Positions 59,043 to 64,000 of a stretch of DNA of 64,000 bases are shown here, piece after piece (positions within the stretch are counted from its first letter, which is position 1; the number at the start of each line of letters is the position of its first letter). Origin of the DNA: a virus (taxonomy: Duplodnaviria > Caudoviricetes). The notes under the pieces were generated by a model that was not told the DNA's origin, did no database searches, and was given only the letters and a program-made list of their open reading frames with translations. The stretch is from positions 1 to 64,000 of IMG/VR virus record IMGVR_UViG_3300031760_000009. One strand, written 5' to 3'. The position numbers and the translations under genes were made by a program.

Positions 59043-59126
59043 AATATAGCATAACTCATTTAGTAATGTCAACATATTTTTTAAATTATTTTATCATTGA
59101 CAAAGACCTTTTTAAAATGCTATAGT
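59043..59126. promoter_or_regulatory. divergent sigma70 promoters
   Basis: TTGACA on both strands (59067-59072 minus, 59097-59102 plus) with TATATT/TATAGT at 18-nt spacing. Confidence 0.55.
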
Positions 59127-59187
59127 ATTACCAATTTTAAAACACGTTATAACTTTTATATATTGTCTTATACGGAAAGGACATAAA

Positions 59188-59526
59188 ATGAGTTTCAGTT
59201 ATAAACCTCTATGGAAAAAACTTATCGACCTTGATATGAGACGTTCGGATATTCCTAAATTTGCTGGTGTGAACAATGTTCAACTGTCAAAAATGGTCAA
59301 AGGTGAATGTATAGATATGAAATATATTCATAAATTATGTGAAGCTTTTGACTGCAATATAGAAGGAATTGTTGAATTTGTTAATGATGGTCAGCTTGTA
59401 AGACCATCTGAAGAATATCGAAGACGTAGCGAAGGATTCAAGAACAGTGCTTATTATAAGCAAAAGATGGAAGAACGTGAGAAAAACAGTGGTGATTGGC
59501 TACCAGAACTGGAGCTTGATGACTAA
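59188..59526 (+). CDS. Cro/CI-type HTH regulator (HTH_26-like)
   Basis: SYKPLWKKLID..M....KLCEAFDCNIEGIVEF. Confidence 0.8.
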   Translation: MSFSYKPLWKKLIDLDMRRSDIPKFAGVNNVQLSKMVKGECIDMKYIHKLCEAFDCNIEGIVEFVNDGQLVRPSEEYRRRSEGFKNSAYYKQKMEEREKNSGDWLPELELDD

Positions 59527-60407
59527 TGACATACAAATCACCGATTATCTATTTTGGTAGCAAATATCGAATCATAGATGAAATTATAAGATATTGCCCC
59601 GAAAACATACATACTGTACACGATGTATTTGCAGGTGCTTTCAATGTCGGTGCAAACATTCCAGCCAAGATTCATGTCTGTAATGATGTTGATACTAGGA
59701 TTACGGAAGTCCTGAAGTTGTTCAGGGATTTCACAGGCGAAGCAATGTGCAAGATGATTGAAAAACGTATAGAACAGTTCAATCTTACAAGTATGGGTCA
59801 GGACGCATACAATGTATTCAGAAAGGAATACAATTCATCTCCAAATCCGTTAGACCTGTTCGTATTGCATATATTCAGCTTTTGTCATGCAATACGCTTC
59901 AATTCCAAAGGCGAGTTCAATATGCCTATTGGAAAAGGCTACTTCAATGACGAAATCCGTCAGAACGTAAAGGACTTCTGTATATGGCTGAATATGATAA
60001 AGGTAAGATTCACGAACATGGACTATGCCACATATATACGTTCTATGGATATAACAAAGAACGACTTGGTATATTGTGACCCTCCGTATCTGATTTCAGA
60101 TGCACCATATAACTGTGTATGGAATGAAGATAAAGAAAGACTTCTGTATAGATGTCTTGATGAACTTTCAGGATTCGGCAACAGATTTATGCTTTCAAAC
60201 ATTCTGTTCCACAAGGGTCACAAAAATGAAATACTTGAGGATTTCATAAACCGTGGCAATTATTATGTAGCACATCTTGATATTCAGATGTACAACAAGA
60301 ATTTCTGTAATACAGACGTAGAACAGGCGACAGATACAGATGAAGTAATTGTTACAAACTATGATATAACAAAAATGTTACCAAAGAAACCTAGAAATTT
60401 ATGGTAA
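59526..60407 (+). CDS. D12-class N6-adenine DNA methyltransferase (Dam-like)
   Basis: YFGSKY, DVFAGAFNV, RFNSKGEFNMP.G, YCDPPY, FMLSN. Confidence 0.88.
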   Translation: MTYKSPIIYFGSKYRIIDEIIRYCPENIHTVHDVFAGAFNVGANIPAKIHVCNDVDTRITEVLKLFRDFTGEAMCKMIEKRIEQFNLTSMGQDAYNVFRKEYNSSPNPLDLFVLHIFSFCHAIRFNSKGEFNMPIGKGYFNDEIRQNVKDFCIWLNMIKVRFTNMDYATYIRSMDITKNDLVYCDPPYLISDAPYNCVWNEDKERLLYRCLDELSGFGNRFMLSNILFHKGHKNEILEDFINRGNYYVAHLDIQMYNKNFCNTDVEQATDTDEVIVTNYDITKMLPKKPRNLW

Positions 60408-60422
60408 TGGAAAGGATTTTTT

Positions 60423-60956
60423 ATGAATCATCATCTATATGACGATATTTTAAATCAGATACATGATAACAAGATACGTGATTTTACAATAAAGTGTCTT
60501 GATGACGCACCAGCAGAACTTGACGTAATACCTGCATCAAAATCAGGTAAATATCATCCAGAAGAAGCCTGTAAGGAAGGTGGTCTTGTATGGCACGTAC
60601 AGCGTGCCTGTTGGTTTGGTTATCAGTTTATAGAAGCTTTTCAATGGGATAAGGACGATATTCGTGGTGATATAGTTCTTTCTGCATTATTACTGCATGA
60701 TATAGGTAAGAAGTCAAACTATGCAAAATACTGGGAATATGTAGACCATCCTAAGACTGCCGCATCTATGATTTCAAAACATAAGAACATACTAGACCCG
60801 AAAATATTTGCGACAATAAGCGGTTGTGTGCTTCATCATATGGGTCCCTTCGGTGGCAAGTTCTGGAAAAAGCCTATAACAAAATATAATATTCTTGAAC
60901 TTACAGTATATAATGCTGATTTTCTAGCTTCAAGAAAGACTCTTAAAATCGTATGA
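60423..60956 (+). CDS. HD-domain phosphohydrolase
   Basis: PAS.SGKYH, GGLVWH, LLHDIGK, HHMG, ADFLAS. Confidence 0.85.
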   Translation: MNHHLYDDILNQIHDNKIRDFTIKCLDDAPAELDVIPASKSGKYHPEEACKEGGLVWHVQRACWFGYQFIEAFQWDKDDIRGDIVLSALLLHDIGKKSNYAKYWEYVDHPKTAASMISKHKNILDPKIFATISGCVLHHMGPFGGKFWKKPITKYNILELTVYNADFLASRKTLKIV

Positions 60957-61225
60957 ACAATGCAAAAACAGTTGTAAAAACGGATAATCCTGGTTTTGTT
61001 CTGTCAAGTCAGTTCAAAACCCTGATTCTCGGATATATGTCAACACATCACATAAGAACCAGCGATTTGGCTAAACGAATGAACAGCAAGATTTCAAACA
61101 TAAGTATGCTGTTGTCTGGGCGACACGCACTGTCTATGAACAATCTGGCTAAGTTATGCGATGCGTTGGACATAGATATACATATAACACTAGTTAAAAG
61201 AAAGAAGGTCAAACAAATCGAATGA
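60953..61225 (+). CDS. XRE-family HTH protein
   Basis: DLAKRM....NIS.LLSG...LS...L.KLCDALD. Confidence 0.75.
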   Translation: MNNAKTVVKTDNPGFVLSSQFKTLILGYMSTHHIRTSDLAKRMNSKISNISMLLSGRHALSMNNLAKLCDALDIDIHITLVKRKKVKQIE

Positions 61226-61818
61226 AATGGGATAACAACAAACCTAAGATAATAGGATTCTGTGGTTTTGCAAGAACTGGCAAGAATACTGCCGCTGAAC
61301 ATCTTGGAATGATGATTTCAGACGTATTCAACTACGATATGATACGTTATGTAGGATTCGCTGATATTCTCAAGAATGATTTGAAATCTCTTGTGGATAA
61401 GTGTGTCGATTCTGGTTGTGATACAATAACAGCAGATTTCAAGGAAAAATTTCGACCTATGTATGTTGAATGGTCTAAAGTTTACAAGAAGATTACAGGT
61501 AATGACGAGATATGGTGTGACCTGCTTTTTAAGAAGATTGAAAACTGCAAACATTCACTTACGATGATAACAGATGTCCGTTATGACTACGAAATTCGCA
61601 GAATCAAAGCAAACAACGGTGTTGTCATATATATTGACAGACCCGGATTCGACCCTGCAAATGACGAGGAAGAACAAAGCTTCAACAGGATTTACGAACA
61701 GTATGAATCTACATTTGACGGTAACGATTCCGATTTGATAATAGTAAAAAATGATAGTACAAAGCTGGATTTGGGTGTGAAATGCTTTGAAAGTCTAAGA
61801 CAGAAAGGGATAATATAA
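61222..61818 (+). CDS. deoxynucleoside monophosphate kinase
   Basis: IIGFCGFARTGKNT, FAD.LK, ITDVRY..E. Confidence 0.85.
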   Translation: MKWDNNKPKIIGFCGFARTGKNTAAEHLGMMISDVFNYDMIRYVGFADILKNDLKSLVDKCVDSGCDTITADFKEKFRPMYVEWSKVYKKITGNDEIWCDLLFKKIENCKHSLTMITDVRYDYEIRRIKANNGVVIYIDRPGFDPANDEEEQSFNRIYEQYESTFDGNDSDLIIVKNDSTKLDLGVKCFESLRQKGII

Positions 61819-61820
61819 TC

Positions 61821-64000
61821 ATGGAAATCAAAGAATGGCTTGGTAAGGATAACCAAGCTGGTTTTAACATATGGACAAACAAGTACCAGTATAATGGTGA
61901 AAACTTTGAGCAATGGCTTGAACGTGTTTCTGGTGGTGACCATGAAGTAATGAGACTTATTCGTGAGAAGAAGTTTTTATTCGGCGGTCGTGTATTGGCT
62001 GGAAGAGGTGTTAATGCAAAGCAGAGTTATAGCAACTGTTATGTATGCAATGCTCCTGAAGACAATATCGAAAGCATCTTTGCAACGTGTACACAAATGG
62101 CAAGGACGTATAGCTATGGTGGTGGATGTGGTGTGGATATATCCAAGCTTAGACCCAATGGTGCAAAGGTCAACAATGCCGCAAAGACAAGTTCTGGAGC
62201 CTGTTCTTTTATGGATTTACTAAGCACTGTTACTGATACGATTTGTCAAGATGGAAGACGTGGAGCCTTGATGATTTCAATAGCATGTAACCATCCTGAC
62301 ATCGAGGAGTTCATACATATAAAATCAAATTTGGAAAGAGTGCAGAAAGCGAATATCTCAATAAGATTTTCTGATTTATTTCTTGAATCTGTTGAAAATG
62401 ATAGAGTTTACAGATTATCTTTCAAGAATGACAAATGTGAAGTATCTAAGGATATAAACGCAAGAAACTTCTTCAAGGAATTTGCAAGAATGAACTGGGA
62501 TTATGCTGAACCGGGCTGTCTTTTCTGGGATAGAATCGAACATTATCATTTTCTTGACCATGAGCCAAAATTTAAGTATGGAGGTACTAACCCTTGTGCT
62601 GAAGAGCCTTTGCCAACTTTTGGTGCTTGTAATCTTGGTTCAATCAATCTTTCAGAATATGTAACAATGGATTTCAGCATAAATGGAACGGAACATAACA
62701 GTTTCGACATAGAAACATTCGCAAAAGACGTAAGAACTTGTGTTATGGCGTTGAATGACGTTCTTGCAGAAGGGATTCCTAGACATCCATTGAAAGAACA
62801 ACAGGAAACTGTTATAAAATTAAGACAGATTGGTCTTGGAATAATGGGTCTTGGTGATATGCTGGTCAAGCTTCATATACGTTATGGTTCTCCGAAAGCT
62901 ATCGCAATATGTAATAAAATAGCACATACTATGATTAATGAAGCGGTTAAAGCTTCTGTAGATTACAGGTTGCAACAACAAAGTAATCTTAGAATACATG
63001 ACCCGCATATATTCTGGAGTGAAAAAACTTTCAGAGCGTCTAATTTCGTTAAAGGTGCATTAGATACAGAAACAATAGAATATGTATGCGATAATGGCGG
63101 TATGTTCAATTCACAGCTTCTAACCTGTGCACCTACAGGCTCGCTGTCTACAATGCTCGGTGTCAGTGGTGGCATAGAACCGTTCTTTGCGTTCACATAC
63201 ACAAGAAAGACTGAATCATTGCATGACAAGCCTGTATATTACACGATGTTCACACCGATTGTACAGGAATATATGGACAAGCATAACATCAAGAATGAAT
63301 CTGAACTTCCAGATTTCTTTGTGAAAGCACACGATATTCCGTGGCAGGAACGTGTAGATATGCAGTCTGTATGGCAGAAATACATAGACGCATCGATTTC
63401 TTCGACTGTAAATCTTCCAAACGAAGCAACTGTTGATGATGTTATGGAATTGTATTTATATGCTTGGAAGAAAGGATTGAAAGGTATTACGATATACCGT
63501 GACGGCTGTGCCAGAACACCAGTTCTTTCAGAAAAGCCCAAGAAAGAATCCAATTCTCCTGAAGAAAAATCAGAAGAAAAAGATTTGAAACGTGGAGATG
63601 TAGTGAAAACACATGACCTTTTCGGTCTGAAACGTACAATCGAGGGTGGTTGTGGAAGAATCCATGTAGCAGCATACTTTGACAGGAATACTGGAGAGTT
63701 TCTTGAACTGTTCTTAGGTAAGGGTTCTGAAGGAGGTTGTCTGTCCAATCTGAACGCACTTGCCAGAATGGTTTCACTATCAGCACGTGGCGGTGTACCT
63801 CTGGACAAGATAATCGACCAGTTGAAATCTGCAAATGTATGTCCGTCATATGCTGTAAGAACGGCAGTCCATAAGGACACGTCAAAAGGTTCTTCATGCC
63901 CTTCAGCCATAGCCAACGCACTCATAGACATGGATGCCGAGATGAAGACATATCTCAAATCACAGACGGAATATAGAATTTCAGATATAAAGCTGTACAA
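61821..64000 (+). CDS. nrdJ: class II (adenosylcobalamin-dependent) ribonucleotide reductase, 3'-truncated by the window edge; missing from the ORF track
   Basis: My translation MEIKEWLG...FLFGGR..SNCYV..GGGCG..RRGALM..TNPCAEEPL..CNLGSINL..APTGS..GIEP..SISSTVNL..KGITIYRDG, then a TSCPD-like C-terminal domain. Confidence 0.9.
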   Translation, partial: MEIKEWLGKDNQAGFNIWTNKYQYNGENFEQWLERVSGGDHEVMRLIREKKFLFGGRVLAGRGVNAKQSYSNCYVCNAPEDNIESIFATCTQMARTYSYGGGCGVDISKLRPNGAKVNNAAKTSSGACSFMDLLSTVTDTICQDGRRGALMISIACNHPDIEEFIHIKSNLERVQKANISIRFSDLFLESVENDRVYRLSFKNDKCEVSKDINARNFFKEFARMNWDYAEPGCLFWDRIEHYHFLDHEPKFKYGGTNPCAEEPLPTFGACNLGSINLSEYVTMDFSINGTEHNSFDIETFAKDVRTCVMALNDVLAEGIPRHPLKEQQETVIKLRQIGLGIMGLGDMLVKLHIRYGSPKAIAICNKIAHTMINEAVKASVDYRLQQQSNLRIHDPHIFWSEKTFRASNFVKGALDTETIEYVCDNGGMFNSQLLTCAPTGSLSTMLGVSGGIEPFFAFTYTRKTESLHDKPVYYTMFTPIVQEYMDKHNIKNESELPDFFVKAHDIPWQERVDMQSVWQKYIDASISSTVNLPNEATVDDVMELYLYAWKKGLKGITIYRDGCARTPVLSEKPKKESNSPEEKSEEKDLKRGDVVKTHDLFGLKRTIEGGCGRIHVAAYFDRNTGEFLELFLGKGSEGGCLSNLNALARMVSLSARGGVPLDKIIDQLKSANVCPSYAVRTAVHKDTSKGSSCPSAIANALIDMDAEMKTYLKSQTEYRISDIKLY

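Noticed and set aside
63239-64000. 253-aa minus-strand ORF, and other ORFs in 61963-63921
   Set aside because: Antisense or off-frame shadows of the + strand nrdJ, which carries all the catalytic motifs
1-64000. Stop-codon reassignment or a diversity-generating retroelement
   Set aside because: Standard code gives dense full-length genes, with TAA, TAG and TGA all used as stops; no reverse transcriptase or TR/VR pair was seen

Overview
AT-rich 64-kb segment of a large dsDNA tailed phage (Caudoviricetes); no host chromosomal genes are recognisable. Layout: (1) 1-8.5 kb, minus strand: small early ORFs, an Rnl2-type RNA ligase, an RHH+TnpB (IS200/IS605-derived) cassette and a SNF2 helicase; (2) 8.5-12.8 kb: a hairpin-rich origin-like region, an orphan 356-aa ORF with a self-occluding leader, then HTH, ParB-like and DnaG-like primase genes; (3) 12.8-57 kb, minus strand: lysis genes, fibre and tail-tip genes, a ~3950-aa tape measure protein with metallopeptidase and SLT domains, a -1 frameshifted tail chaperone, tail tube (no sheath seen), neck genes, a duplicated GT9 glycosyltransferase + methyltransferase-like cassette directly behind a T4-gp23-like capsid gene, then protease/scaffold, MuF-like, portal and large terminase; (4) 57-58.1 kb: a ~830-nt ORF-free, heavily base-paired unit with its own promoter and terminator, which looks like a large structured ncRNA, followed by a second, inverted copy of the origin-like element; (5) 58.2-64 kb: HTH regulators, Dam-like methylase, HD protein, dNMP kinase and a class II ribonucleotide reductase that runs off the window. 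Best novelty candidates: the large ncRNA together with the twin origin-like elements, the capsid-linked GT9 cassette, and the TnpB whose predicted guide is tandemly duplicated. All calls come from reading motifs by eye; no database searches or folding programs were run.
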